NCBI RefSeq assembly: GCF_018350175.1
Contig: NC_058373.1
Location: 103,480,001-103,544,000 of the forward strand
DNA: 64,000 bases
Source: Felis catus
Lineage: Eukaryota
Direction of reading: 5' to 3'
In this document: piece after piece, positions 48,866 to 61,361 of the stretch
Layout of the letters: each line of letters begins with the position of its first letter
How positions within the stretch are numbered: the first letter of the stretch is position 1
Position numbers and translations under genes: made by a program
Notes under the pieces: generated by a model
What the model was told of the DNA's origin: nothing
The model's database searches: none
The model's input: only the letters and a program-made list of their open reading frames with translations

Positions 48866-49046
48866 ATCTATGTCTCTCTTTATACCAGCACCGCCACACT
48901 TGATTATTGTAGCTTTGTGATATGTTTTGAAATAGGGAGGTTTGAGTCTTTAAACTTTGTTCTTTTTTTGCAAGATTGTATTGACTGTTCCAGGTCTTTG
49001 CATTTTTACATGAATTTTAGGTTCAACTTACCAATTTCTGTCTGAA

Positions 49047-49139
49047 CTGACAGCTCGGAGCCTGCTTAGGATTCTCTTTCTCCCTCTCTCTCTTTGCTGT
49101 GCTCCCTCTCTCTCTCTCAAAAATAAATAAACCTTAAAA
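49047..49139 (+). mobile_element. 5'-truncated Can-SINE
   Basis: CTGACAGCTCGGAGCCTGCTTAGGATTCTC, CT tract, AATAAA tail only. Confidence 0.85.
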
Positions 49140-49344
49140 GATAAATTGGTAAGTCGGTAACTTTGAAATCTAATCCTTGCTACTCAAGACGCTCTGCTTT
49201 GTCTCTCAGGATCATTGCTATCTTCTGTAAGCAACAGTACATTCTCCCTGCCAGTGAGAGAGACTGAGATGGAAAGGCATCATGGGATAGATGAATAAAT
49301 AGGACACACAACGAGCCATTTCAGTTCTCAAATACCATAATTTA

Positions 49345-49569
49345 TTTTTTTAAATTTTTTTTTCAACGTTTATTTATTTTTTCTGGGACAGAGAGAGACA
49401 GAGCATGAACGGGGGAGGGGCAGAGAGAGAGGGAGACACAGAATGGGAAACAGGCTCCAGGCTCCGAGCCATCAGCCCACAGCCCGACGCGGGGCTCGAA
49501 CTCCCAGACCGCGAGATCGTGACCTGGCTGAAGTCGGACGCTTAACCGACTGCGCCACCCAGGCGCCCC
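49345..49569 (-). mobile_element. Young Can-SINE (SINEC_Fc)
   Basis: Perfect 17-bp TSD TCAAATACCATAATTTA at 49328 and 49570. Confidence 0.97.
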
Positions 49570-49748
49570 TCAAATACCATAATTTAAATAGTACTTCCCT
49601 CTCCTGACTGCAACAGAAAAAAAGTAGCATGTACCACATTCGTTACTTGATGGGGTTATTGGTGACAAAACAAATGTTTTCACCTTCTTCTGGAGGGGCA
49701 CGCTCCATGCACTTTCAAAATCAATTTCTTCAGTTGCCCATGAACCTC

Positions 49749-49974
49749 TTTTTTTTTTTTTTTTAATTTTTTTCAACGTTTTTATTTATTTTTGGGACAG
49801 AGAGAGAGCATGAACGGGGGAGGGGCAGAGAGAGAGGGAGACACTGAATCGGAAACAGGCTCCAGGCTCTGAGCCATCAGCCCAGATCCCGACGCGGGGC
49901 TCGAACTCACGGACCGCGAGATCGTGACCTGGCTGAAGCCGGACGCTTAACCGACTGCGCCACCCAGGCGCCCC
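49749..49974 (-). mobile_element. Young Can-SINE (SINEC_Fc)
   Basis: CpG-rich; short TSD CTCTTTT. Confidence 0.96.
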
Positions 49975-50122
49975 ATCTCTTTTGAGACTTTACAAAGCCC
50001 CAAGTCCAGTGATGTGACTTGTAGCTGGAGAGAGGGATATGCACAGTTTCTGCCCCTGGGAAGTTTGGGTGATTATTACAGCAAACTAACTAGCCAAAAT
50101 GAAGAAACAAGGAGTCAACCCG

Positions 50123-50163
<41 letters not shown>

Positions 50164-50702
50164 AGTGGCACCCAAATATCAAATGTGCATTCCTGCTCCC
50201 ACTCACGGGGCCATTTTCTGGTCATTCCTACATGGTTGACTTCTTCCAAAACCCACCAGGTTGGGGAGCAGTGGTTGTGAGTCTCATGCTCCTTCAAGAC
50301 ACTGAAAGTTCCAGGGGTCATTGCAACCTGCCCCATCCCCCCTCCTCTGAACTGAGCCTTTTGGCTTTCTAGGAAGATTCCTCTGCACTCAGCCAACCTG
50401 AAGTGATTTGAGTGACAATGTGTATTGTTAAGAACCAGTTAATGGCCACAAGCCTAGAAAAATACCTAATTAGCAATTCGCCCTTTTGAGCCTTCCTCTG
50501 GGGACTCCTCACCTTTGCTTGTCACTGGCTTTGAAAAATTCTTAAGGGATGGAGCTAAAGGCTCTTTAGAAATTGAGGAAATAGGACTGCATTTTATAAA
50601 GAGGCTTTCTCTCTTTCTTATTCAATAATCAGAAAGAGAGAGGACACCGAGGTTAGGATTAAGAAGCTAAGTGTCCCCTACTGCTCAAAAGTGCACCCAC
50701 AG

Positions 50703-50938
50703 TTTTTTTTAAGTTTGCTTGTTTGTTTGTTTATTTATTTATTTATTTATTTATTTTGAGAGAGTGAGAGAGAAAGAGTGAGAGCAAGGAAGGCACAGAG
50801 AGAGAGAGGGAGAGAGAACCTCAAGCAGGCTCCACACTGTTGGTGCAAAGTCCAATGCAAGACTGGAACTCACCAACCGAGAGATCATGACCTGAGCCTG
50901 AGTCAGACACTTAACCAACAGAGCCATCCAGGTGCCCC
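50703..50938 (-). mobile_element. Older Can-SINE with (TTTA)/(TTTG) tail
   Basis: TSD TG(C/A)ACCCAC(A/G)GTT. Confidence 0.92.
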
Positions 50939-52423
50939 TGAACCCACGGTTGATGTGGGGCCTGGGAGAGAAGACGGTTCTTGAATCGTAATTGAAGGCA
51001 TTATGTACTATGTGGTGAACATCACAGTCTTTCACGCCACTCTGAATGAGTAGAGTTAAGTTTCTAAAGGCCCATTGAAAACACACCATTTATAGAACAC
51101 ATCAAAATCTGTTTAACAATAGTCATTATGATTATGCATTTAAGTGTAAAAGGACAGTTTGTTTTCCAAAATAAAAGTGGTCTGCGTATACATGTTGATT
51201 TTTCTTGAGATTCTCACACCAGTGAGGCAGAACCTGGTGCCCCCGACCACCCCACCCCAGGCCAGTTTAAAATCAGCATGAATGCTGTGTAATCTAACCA
51301 ACAGGATTGATCCAGGTCAGGCATTAAGGGCTAAAATGGATTAAACAAAAGACATTCCCCTTGTAACAAGAAGGAAAAACTTCAAAGGTGGGATTTGTTC
51401 TTGTTATGACAAAGGAAGTGGATTTACAAACTGCCTTGAGGCACACCCCTCTGTGACTTTCAATTTGCTCTCCATGGTGGGGGGAGGCTTTTTCCCCTTC
51501 TTCTCCTTTTTCCCCCCAGCTCCTGGAGTCCTCCCCAGGGTAAGAACTTCTGGTTAAAAGGATCAGATTGAGAAGGCTTTTTCCTGTTTGTTTTTAAAGA
51601 CCAGTCACTGGGCATCTCCCTGATCAAATGACACTCGTGTTCGGGCACCTCCCGGGTCCCCATCACTCAAACACGTAATAGTGACAATGAGCAGGTGAAA
51701 TAGGGAGTTCTGTTTAGATCCCTTCAACAGAGCAGACAGACTGAACTCTCCAGTTGTGGTGCTTTCATTTGGTGTGAAAATCCCAAAGAGAGAAATGCAA
51801 ACAAAAAGTAGAGTATCCTAATGGGTTAAAGATAACTCTACTCCATGAGAGGAATTAACATACCTCACGGAATAGACTTACAATCCAGGATCAGGATTAG
51901 CCACATCGGGTTTTATTTTCAACACCCTGATGCAATGTTACAGTAACTTTTATTATAATAATACATATGTAAACATAATTTATCTTCTAGGAGTTCAAAG
52001 CATTTTGTAGTTTATGGTAAGATATATCCATATATACACTCACATACATATGTATATAAAATCTATGTATTTATCAATTATTGTACTTAAATAACCTTAA
52101 GTTGTCTGGGATGAAAGTGGAAAATGGAAATAATTTGCAAATGTTGCATCAAAGTTTCTCAACTTAAGTTCTGCACAGATTTTTTTAAAAGGAAAAAAGA
52201 AACTCTCACTGATGCCCAGATGCTGATTTCAATTATGTCTATAATAATATTACTTAAACATGTATGAACATAAAACTAGTTATGAGCTCCTTCTGTTGCA
52301 GTTCTTATTCAATTATAAAACTAAAGTATGTGCACTAATTACAAATTGCAAAAACAGTAAAATTCAATTTAACAACACTAAATTAATGTGACATATAATG
52401 TCTTCTTGAAATTGAAATACTAT

Positions 52424-52648
52424 TTTTTTTACTTAAAAATTTTTTAGTGTTTATTTATTTTTGAGAGAGAGAGAGACAAAGCACAAATGGGTGAGGGGCA
52501 GAGAGAGGGGGAGACACAGAATGTGAAGCATGCTTCAGGCTCTGAGTTGTCAGCACAGAGCCCAACTCGGGGCTCGAACTCACAAACTGCGAGATCATGA
52601 CCTGAGCTGAAGTCCAACGTTCAACCAACTGAGCCACCCAGGCGCCCC
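52424..52648 (-). mobile_element. Can-SINE
   Basis: Reverse body ending GAGCCACCCAGGCGCCCC. Confidence 0.95.
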
Positions 52649-53496
52649 TAAATTACCATTTATAACATGATTTTGGTGCTGCCCATCCCTCCCATGTTCT
52701 TTGGAGTTTGGCATGCCAATATGATTATTGGAACTCCTGGAAAGCATTTTTCAAACCAAACACCATGATGCCATTTAATCCTGATTTTTGTATTACTTCT
52801 TTGAATACTTGTTAGCATAATAATTTTTTCAAGTGTAATAAATATTCTGTTTCATTTTTCTGATGCAACTATAAAAACCTAATATGTGATTTATGTACTG
52901 AATTTGCCCGTATTCATTACTCATTAGCCTGAAACAGGGAAAGTACTCCTGAGCTCAAATGATGCTATGATCACAGACTTTGGTGCTGAAATTCCATGGC
53001 AGGATTCTATTAACTGTTATTCAGATGATTCAGAATATTGATTATGTGACATTTTTCAAAGATAGTTTTCTACATAAAGTCAACAACTTTCTATAGAGAA
53101 TGCAACATCCTCTAAGAATATGTCCTTGGTCCTCGACTTAAGGATTCTAAATAAATTTCATAGGCTAAACAGTGTCTTTGTCCCCAGAATTTATTGTCTT
53201 GCTACCAGACTGAGCATCTGATTTATTCCTCATTTGTTATGAAGCAAGAGTGCAGGTCTCAATTAAATAATTAGTCTTCATTATCTAGTGAACAAGTATT
53301 TCCCAGCTAATAAATATAAAACCAGGTGCTTCTCCTGAAGGACCTTACAATCTATTTGAGACAAGACACAAATGTAAGAAAACTTTAACATCTGAACGTA
53401 TTCAAAATTTGCTTATGAAGCACTGACATTTCTCGGTCAATACACAGAGTCCAAATTAGGCATTGAAAACATTATTTGTCATTTACATTTGAATAC

Positions 53497-53586
53497 CTCA
53501 TAAAACTTCAAATCATATTGTGATCTTCTGTGCAGTGAAAAATGCAGCATCTGGAAGATGCCATCAGCAGTTTGAAATGAAGAAAC
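53497..53586 (-). CDS. Candidate exon E of an unidentified gene (VSSFQTADGIFQMLHFSLHRRSQYDLKFYE)
   Basis: tgctttcag| acceptor, GAG|gtattc donor (both weak); 90 nt, only phase 0 open. Confidence 0.2.
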
Positions 53587-53645
53587 CTGAAAGCATTTGG
53601 GTCTTGATTTTCTGAAAAACACCTGTGTCATTAGAATGACCTTGA

Positions 53646-53816
53646 GGGGCATCTGGGTGGCTCAGTCAGTTAAGCAGCTGACTTCGGCTCAGGTCGCGAT
53701 CTCACAGTCTGTGAGTTTGAGCCCCCATCAGGCTCTGTGCTGACAGCTTGGAGCCTGGAGCCTGGAGCCTGGTTCAGATTCTGTGTCTCCCTCTCTCTGC
53801 CCCTCCCCCGTTCGTA

Positions 53817-53860
<44 letters not shown>

Positions 53861-53890
53861 AATAAATAAACATAAAAAATTTTTTTTTAA
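53646..53890 (+). mobile_element. Can-SINE
   Basis: TSD AGAATGA..TTGA; triple GGAGCCT, long CT tract. Confidence 0.95.
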
Positions 53891-54635
53891 AGAATGAGTT
53901 TGAAAGCTGTGACAAACAAAGCCATAAGATAACTCCACAATTGAACTGGGTATTATTTTATATCTGAAAAAGTTGCATGGTCATAAGAGATAAAATGTAT
54001 ATAGAAAGAATGCACACTTCTGGTAAGTTTAAAGATCTTTAGAATTAGGGAGAAAGTAAATTTACATACAATTAAGAGCCCAAAAACATACCAAACATAA
54101 TCTAGTGATTTTCCCACGGTGAGGGTTCAGCGTTTAGACTCTGCGATTACAGAAGAATTAGGTAATACATAATTCGAACCCAGAGCAATGGCCTATCTGG
54201 GATCACCCATTTGGAGTTTAAATGTAGTGACTATAAAGCAGAAGCAGTACATTCGATCAGGACTGTTGATAAGACTCCAATCTTAGTCCTCCCTGGAACC
54301 CCTGGTCATTGGCCAATCTCAGTTCTTAACATGGCTTGAGCTAATTCAGTCTTTCAATTCTGAGAAGACAGAATGAAATGTAGAAGTGTTAAGAGGCTCA
54401 AACTTGTAGTTTCAATATATTTGAGTGGAAGGGAACCTTCATATTTGGTATCTATTACTACTCGTAATACTTAAGAGATCTATCCTACTAGAGTAACTGA
54501 TGAGCCTTGTAATTTCAGTATTAAAATGTGTGAGTCGGTAATTGATTTTAAGTTTTTGTGATTTTTAAGTTGAAATCTAACTAAGTTTATCAATAGCATT
54601 GGATTAAGAGAGTTGAAGAATCACCATATATGATT

Positions 54636-54750
54636 GGGGCTCTACTGGTTGAGCATCTGACTCTTAATTTCAGCTCAGGTCATGATCCCCGGGTCATGGG
54701 ATCAAGCCCTGAGTTGGGCTCTGCACTGAGTGTGGAGCCTGCTTAAGATT

Positions 54751-54803
<53 letters not shown>

Positions 54804-54870
54804 CCTCTTTCTCTGTCTGCCTCTCCCTCATTTGCATGCACACATGCTCACAATCTCTCTCAAGAAAAAA
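54636..54870 (+). mobile_element. Older Can-SINE with long (CT)n
   Basis: Head partly deleted; AATCACCA on both flanks. Confidence 0.88.
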
Positions 54871-55490
54871 ATCACCACATGTTAGTTTCACTTGTTGGGT
54901 TTATAAGAATAATTTGAGTATGGGAAGTTTGCTTATCAAACAATTAAAGGACTTTTACAGGAAATCAAGTACATAAATTAACAAATATAATTGAAAGTAT
55001 TTTAAGATATTTAATTAAATGTATTAATTAAACAAGTTTATTCAAAAGGCCAACTTAAAATGTGATTGTTCAAATTTGCTAGGCTAATGAATAGAATAAT
55101 AAAATTTGTAAGCCAAACCTAAAAGCTTATGGCAGAGCTGGGTTTTTGAATTGGTCATTTTAGCATATCAAATTTTATTGTTTTAAAACCAAAGTTGTCT
55201 TCTGAAGAGTATCTTCTGCACTTAGAAAAAGAAATTCACATTTAATTTGTAAAATCAAAATATATGAACAATTGTTGTCTTAATCATCTCTGTAATTACA
55301 GTATTGACCGTATGATGTTTCATTTTTCCGACGCAATTATAAAATAATGATGTGTGGGGTCTTTTTGGAAATGTGAAGACATTTTCTGTTACCTTCCCTA
55401 CCATCACCACTACCACCACTAGTGTGATCTCCCTGGGATCACAGGGAAAGGCAGCGTTTGTCTTGCCAAATCTTAGATGATGTAACTCAC

Positions 55491-55605
55491 CTCTGGATGG
55501 GTGCTAATCATGGAGTGAACAATGTGAAGTCTGCTCCTTCCTACATACTTCAGTATCCTGTCCCAACTCAGCCCTCCCCCTGTTTCCATTACAATCCACA
55601 TCTCA
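55491..55605 (-). CDS. Candidate exon D (EMWIVMETGGGLSWDRILKYVGRSRLHIVHSMISTHPE)
   Basis: tgtctctactgtttacag| acceptor, GAG|gtgagt donor; 115 nt, only phase 2-to-0 open. Confidence 0.3.
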
Positions 55606-55672
55606 CTGTAAACAGTAGAGACAATGCTTTCACGGAGCTCCCTCACGAAGGATCGATTTGGGTGATAACTAT

Positions 55673-56061
55673 TGCTGTGGAGTGAATTATGCCCCACCCC
55701 AATTTCTTATTTGGAAGCCCAGTGTGAGGGTATGGGAACTGGAGCCTCTGGAGAGTGATTAGGATTAGATGAGGTCATGAGGGTGGGGCTCTCATGTTGG
55801 GATTTGTGTCCTTATGAGAAAGAGACACTAGAAAGACACTTTCTCTCTCTCCTCTCCCTCTCTCTCCCATTTGAAAGTAGGCAGAGTACAGTGAGTAGGC
55901 AGCTATCTATGAGCCAGGAAGAGCCCTCACTGGGATACTCCACCACCTGGCACCAGGTGACTTGGACTTCCCAGCCTCCAGAACTGTGAGAGGTAAATTC
56001 CTGTTGTTCAAGCCGCTCAATACATGGCATTTTGCTATCGGAGCCTGAAAAGACCAAGACA
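55673..56061 (+). mobile_element. MaLR solo LTR (MLT1A-like)
   Basis: TG...CA; GATTAGATGAGGTCATGAGGGTGGGGC, GGACTTCCCAGCCTCCAGAACTGTGAGA. Confidence 0.85.
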
Positions 56062-56192
56062 GTCAAACCTAGGGAATAATCCTTCTGATTAATAAAGATA
56101 GAGAAGATATCAATTGTATCCAAGATTGGTCTTTCTAATTAGCAATTTCAATAACGACTGAAGGACTCGGAGATAATGAAGACACTGCATAC

Positions 56193-56254
56193 TTTTCTCT
56201 ACAATGTCCTACGCAATGGCGCATTTCTAAGCCTACTCCAGGATTAAAGATCAT
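56193..56254 (-). CDS. Candidate exon C (MIFNPGVGLEMRHCVGHCRE)
   Basis: actaaactgtctgttag| acceptor, AAA|gtatgc donor; 62 nt, only phase 0-to-2 open. Confidence 0.25.
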
Positions 56255-56334
56255 CTAACAGACAGTTTAGTAATAAAGAGGGAATCTTTTCCAGATTAAA
56301 CCAAAGAGAAATCTCACAGCTGCTGACGGAACTT

Positions 56335-56740
56335 TGTGGTAAGTAGCAATGATGGCCCCAATTTATTTGTTCCTATCTGTATCCATGCCCTTTGTCATGT
56401 GTCTTAGCCCTCCATCATGAGCATTATGGTAATATCCTATACTGTGACACTGGGCTTAACCATGTGGCTTGCTTTGGTGAATGCAACGTTAGAAGACAGG
56501 ATGCAAGCAGAGGCTTGATACGGGCTTGAATATCCGGTTGGCTTTCCTTTGCATTTCTGCCAACACCGTGGGGATGTGCCAAGGCTAGCCTGCTGCAGGA
56601 AAGAGCTGAGTCAACCCCAGTCACACCAGCTTAAGTTAACCTACAGCCAGGCTAGCTCCAGACATGGGACCAAGCCCAACTAAGATCAGCAGAGCTACCT
56701 AACTGACTTCCAGATGGCCACAGATGCATGACCTAGAAAC
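56335..56740 (+). mobile_element. MaLR LTR (MLT1G/H-like)
   Basis: TGTGGTA...ATGGCCCCAATT...GTATCCATGCCCTTTG...CCATGTGGCTTGCTTTGG...GCAAGCAGAGGCTTG. Confidence 0.7.
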
Positions 56741-57089
56741 ACAAACTAACACAGACTGTAAACATGGAAAACATGCTCTACCCGGTCATTCCCACTAGTA
56801 AGAGCCATGGATGGTATTTCTTTGCACACCCTGATTTAAACACTTTCAGAAAGTTGAAGATGGTGTTAAGTGTAAACACCTATGAAAATATTTGGGCTCT
56901 GACTTGCAGAAGTGGCTTCAAGGGGTGTTTATCAAGCCAAACAATGATGGCCTTCACATTTTACAGTTTCCTGAGTTATTGAAGGTACCCCTCACAAAAG
57001 AATATTTCTGGGTTAGCTCTGCCTAAAATCATTTCGCCATGAGGTAATTATCATTCTGTCAGCAACACAGCCATGTTATCACCTCGTAC

Positions 57090-57281
57090 CTTGGCAAACA
57101 AGTCTGTCCTCAGATCATCATTACAGGATCTGCGAGGTAACAGTAATGATGTGTCTTTCGGAGGCTGGCAGAGAGACTCATCCCAACAATGTGTTACATC
57201 CAGAGGTGGTTCTTTGCTATCTAAATTGGACCTAACCGAACCCAGAAGCACAATGTCTGATGAACATTCTTCTCCTGCCCC
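57090..57281 (-). CDS. Candidate exon B (GAGEECSSDIVLLGSVRSNLDSKEPPLDVTHCWDESLCQPPKDTSLLLPRRSCNDDLRTDLFAK)
   Basis: Strong acceptor tttcttctgtcttatccag|, donor AAG|gtacga; 192 nt = 64 codons, only phase 0 open; not in a recognisable repeat. Confidence 0.4.
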
Positions 57282-58512
57282 CTGGATAAGACAGAAGAAA
57301 GCTTAATAGATCTCTCACATACCTAATTCCTGTGATTTGGATCCCAGTAATGAAATGAGAAAGTTCCCTGAATCATTTTTAATCTGAGCCTTTTCTCCAA
57401 GGAAAGGTCCCTGAGGAGTTAATGTCATGTCACTAACTAATTAGATCTCCATTGCTTAGCAAGAATTCTACACCAAAGACAGGGTAATTCTATTAGAAAA
57501 TGAAACCACAATATTGTACAGTTCTAAGGCTACTAAATTTGTATTTAATTATCCAGGTAATATAATTATGCAATCAGTTCTAATCTGAGATCAAGAGGAA
57601 AAGTTCTTGGTGGTTTTTTTTTTTTTTTTTTGCAAGGTTTTGTGAAAGGGCCATGCAATTAATATGACACACTTAATTACTAAAATGTAAAGACATCTTT
57701 GCAAGAGTATATTCCCATCCAAGCATGTGCGCTATATTAGCTGCTTAGATCTTTGCCATTACTAAAGTATTTGTGGCTTCTTATCTTATAATGACCTATG
57801 GTAATAATTAGCCCCATGAGAGAACAAAGACCTTAGCACTGTATTGCAAAGCTCAGTCCTGCACATTATTCCATAGAACAACAGAGAAACAATAAAGATT
57901 CAGAAAATAATTTACATTTCCTGAAATGTTCAATGGAATGTTTAAAACATCGATCCAAATCATGAAAATCTACCCGAAGCATACATTTTCAAATATGTGC
58001 CTTACTACAAGGAGAAAAGAAAAAAAAATACATGATGGATTAATTAAATGGATTTATACGTGTCACCAAAGTAAGATTCTTCCCTTAGAGTTTATAATCC
58101 CTTATAAGTACAGACTTCAAAAAGTTTCTTAAACAGTAGACTTGATTCTTATGGCTAATATCTGCTCTGCTTTACCAAGATAGTCGTTTAAATTTCAATT
58201 TTTTTCAGGCATACCTCTATTACATAAATAAGGTTCTCTATGTGCTATATTTCACTTGGTTGTTTCTTGACTATTTTTGGCGTTTGCTCTCTGGCCCCCT
58301 GAGAAAGAGAGCACATAGTAGCTTAAAGAAACAGGTAGCACAGACAAGAACCTATGTAGCAGTATGTTCACCTTTTGGTAAGCCTTCCTTTTCCGGTTTT
58401 GAACCGTAAAACTTTCTAAAATCCTCCATCATCACGTTTAAAATGAAGTGAGCCTACTAAAAATTTCTCTTGAAGTCAGAAAAAACTCCTCTTCTGTGCT
58501 GCTTCTCCTTAC

Positions 58513-58647
58513 TTGTTTATCCCTTTGGCCAATAGCTGTGCAGATGATTTTGTTTCCCAGCATGGGTAGAAGCTTGATGTGGGGTTGTTATTATTTAACG
58601 TTGTTTGAAATCTTGCTCCTGGAGGGTGAACATTCAAGATAAGTGAG
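58513..58647 (-). other. Candidate exon A (135 nt; may contain ATG at 58563)
   Basis: Acceptor ccccctatatttccag|, donor CAA|gtaagg; ATG gives MLGNKIICTAIGQRDKQ in frame with exon B. Confidence 0.33.
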
Positions 58648-58774
58648 CTGGAAATATAGGGGGAGCATGTGTCATTTGCTGATGGGAAAGCCAAGGAATT
58701 CAGGGACTGAGCTGGGACCAGAATGCATTTTCTTTATAGTTAGGAGAGGGATATGCTGGCATAGTGATTAGGAA

Positions 58775-59341
58775 TGAATTAGTTTTCCATTGCCATGAAA
58801 CAATTTACCACAGACTCAGTGGTTTAAAACAACACACATTTATGATCTCATAATTTCTATACGTTGGGGCCCACTGGGCTGAAATCAGCGTCAGCTGAAG
58901 CTGTTATTTCTCATCCAGGGCCCGAGGTCCTCTTGTTGACAGAATCCATTTCCTTGTGGTTGTAGGACTGAGGTCCCCATTTTCCTGCTAGCTGTGGGCG
59001 AGGGACCACTCTCAGCTCCTAATGGTTGCCTGCAATTCTGTGCCCATAGCTGTTTCCAGTGGGGATGGTTTTCTTGTCTCCCAGTGAGAGCACAACTCTC
59101 TGCTTTCCCCTTCTGTGACCAGCCCCAGAAAACTCTCTGACTTTAAAGTACTCCTATGACTGGGGAAGACCCATCTGGATTATTTCCCTATCGTAGGGTT
59201 AATTGGTGTGGAACCTTAATTACAACTGTGAAATCCCTTCAGAATAATACCGATGTTCGTGTTAGATTGAATAACTGGGAGAAAGGGCGTACACACCAAT
59301 GGCTGAAACTTGTATACCGCTTTAGAAGTCTGTCTACTGCA
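58775..59341 (-). mobile_element. MaLR LTR (MLT1E-like)
   Basis: TACCACAGACTCAGTGGTTTAAAACAACACACATTTAT; CCTTGTGGTTGTAGGACTGAGGTCCCCATTTTCCTGCTAGCTG. Confidence 0.8.
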
Positions 59342-59484
59342 GGGGACCTGTCAGGACCTCAATCTAGTCTTTGAAATTGCTGTGGCATATAAAACTTCCT
59401 CATGACAGAGTCATTTCTTTGGGCTTAAGCTTTGTATCTCTAAGAGTGTCTTGTACAATAAACCCAAAGACTACATCTACTTCT

Positions 59485-59735
59485 CTAATACCACTGTTGA
59501 GCGCTTGCCACGGGACAGGCACTACATATTATCTCAACAACCCTATTTAATCTCAACAACCTTATTTAATCTCAACAACCCTATGAGACAAGTGTCATTG
59601 TTCCCACGTTAAAAATGGGGAAACGGAGGATCAGTGAGGTAAAGAAACTTTCAGAGTCATACAACTATTTATGAATGGGATTGGCATACAAAGTCAGGGC
59701 TGTCTGACACCAAGTGATGGTTTTTCTCACCTACT
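59485..59735 (-). mobile_element. MIR with internal 19-bp tandem repeat
   Basis: TTTAATCTCAACAACCCTATGAG...CCCACGTTAAAAATGGGGAAACGGAGG. Confidence 0.7.
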
Positions 59736-59747
59736 ACTCTGCCTCTC

Positions 59748-60200
59748 TGTATCAGTCAGAGTTCTGACAGATGGCAAACAGCATACTCCAGGAGGTAACA
59801 TTGATAAGGGCTTCAGTAAAGAATTCTTTGTAGAGGTGTGGGTAAGGTTAAGGAAATTGACAAGAGGAGGAAGCCCCGGGGGGGGGGACTAGACAAAGCA
59901 GGAAGCCATGACCACCTGTAGGCCTAAAGGCACAAAGAGAAGGAACAGAGATAACAGAACCTAGAGAAAGCTCTAGCCCAGGAGGAACTCAGACATTGGC
60001 AAAACCTGGCCCTCAATAGATAACTTACCTTTCTTGTCTACCTCCAATCTACTGCTATTAATTTCCATTGGACAAACCCAACTGGAAGCCAGAGGGCAAG
60101 GGAGCCCAGGTAATGTAATCCACTGGATGGGCATCCCAGGGGATTGAACAGGGCAATGTGGGATGGAACTAGAGAGGGAAATGGAAAATAACCGGAATAA
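59748..60200 (-). mobile_element. ERV-L type LTR (LTR33-like)
   Basis: TGTATCAGTCAG start; CCATTGGACAAACCCAACTGGAAGCCAGAGGGCAAGGGAGCC. Confidence 0.6.
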
Positions 60201-60349
60201 TCCCGAAAAATGTAAATACTCCTACCTGGGCAACACATGGCAAACTTCTTGAGGCTGACGTTTCTGTCTTTTACTTTTTACCTTAATATAATTTACAGGG
60301 ACAAATACTTGATTAGGACCTAATTTATTGGTAGTTAGCATCTTGACAA

Positions 60350-60753
60350 GTATATCGGTTTGCTAGGGCTGTCATAACAAAACACCACAGACTGGATGGC
60401 CTAAATAGCAGAAATTAATTTTCTCACAGTTCTGGGGGGTCAGAAGTCCAAGACCAAGGTTTGGTCAGCTATGGTTTCCTCTGAGGCCCCTCTCCTTGGC
60501 TTGCAGACGGCCACTGTCTCACGGTAGCCTCACAAGTCTTTTTTGGTGTGTGCACCCCTGACCTCGTTTCTGTTTGTGTGCCCTCTTCTCATAAGGACAC
60601 CAGTCAGATTGGAATAGGGCTCACCATAAGGACTTCCATTTAACTGAATCATCTCTTTAAGGGCTCTATCCCCAAATCTAACTGCATGCTGAATTACAAA
60701 GGATTAGGGGCTTCAGCATATGAATTTCTGAGGAAGACAATTCGGCCCATAAT
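60350..60753 (-). mobile_element. MaLR solo LTR (MLT1B-like)
   Basis: GCTAGGGCTGTCATAACAAAACACCACAGACTGG...TCTCACAGTTCTGG...ATAAGGACACCAGTCAGATTGGA. Confidence 0.85.
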
Positions 60754-61121
60754 GATGTTGATTTATAGGAATAATTTCCAACTAGCTAGAAGGAAATGTT
60801 AAAGCAAGTAGGAATTGGAGGGAAGGAAGGGGAAAGAAATGTTCAGGTTTTCACCCAACAGCATACTTCTGGAATATATATTGTTCTGGTAGACTCTCTC
60901 TGTCTATAAGCAATCTTCAGGTAATGGGGGGATAGAGAGGAGAGAGATCTCATGGAGAAGGACCCCAATAGGGAAGGGATGCTTATTGTATAATTTTTGC
61001 CTGGTGGTGCACTACCTGGATCCCACAGTAATGCACGGCAAGAATTTAAACTAGGTTTCCTAAAACAAGAATGCCTTCAGATATAAGTGAGCTCAGAAAT
61101 CATTACATTTAAAAGGTTTCA

Positions 61122-61311
61122 GGGGGACCTGGGTGTCTCAGTTGGTTAAGCATCTGACTTCGGCTCAGATGATGATCTCACAGTTCATAGGATGGAGCCC
61201 CGCATCAGGCTCAGCACTGATAGCGCTGAGCCTGCCTGGGATTCTCTCTCTCTGCCTCTCTTTCTACTTCTTTCTCCCTCAAAATAAATACGCATTAAAA
61301 AAAATTTTTTT
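61122..61311 (+). mobile_element. Can-SINE
   Basis: TSD AA(A/T)GGTTTCA. Confidence 0.92.
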
Positions 61312-61361
61312 AATGGTTTCAAACCCACTTGTGATAATGCAAAATAGAATCAAGTATCCTA

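Larger units (their letters stand above)
46448..49040 (-). mobile_element. L1MB-like LINE (3' UTR and ORF2 end), interrupted by a SINE and an MLT2 LTR
   Basis: GAGATATAATTTGCATACCATAAA...GTGTACAATTCAATGG; decayed ORF2 KIRNFCTSKDTTKKVKRQHTEWEKIFANHIS (ORF 47595-47786). Confidence 0.9.

Noticed and set aside
49570..49776. 68-aa ORF between two SINEs ending GKYYLNYGI
   Set aside because: Begins in a SINE tail and has no usable splice acceptor
57090..57281. Assigning a gene symbol to exon B
   Set aside because: The peptide matches no protein I can recall with confidence; needs a database search
59531..59584. Short direct repeats as a CRISPR-like array
   Set aside because: No unique spacers; tandem duplication inside a mammalian MIR
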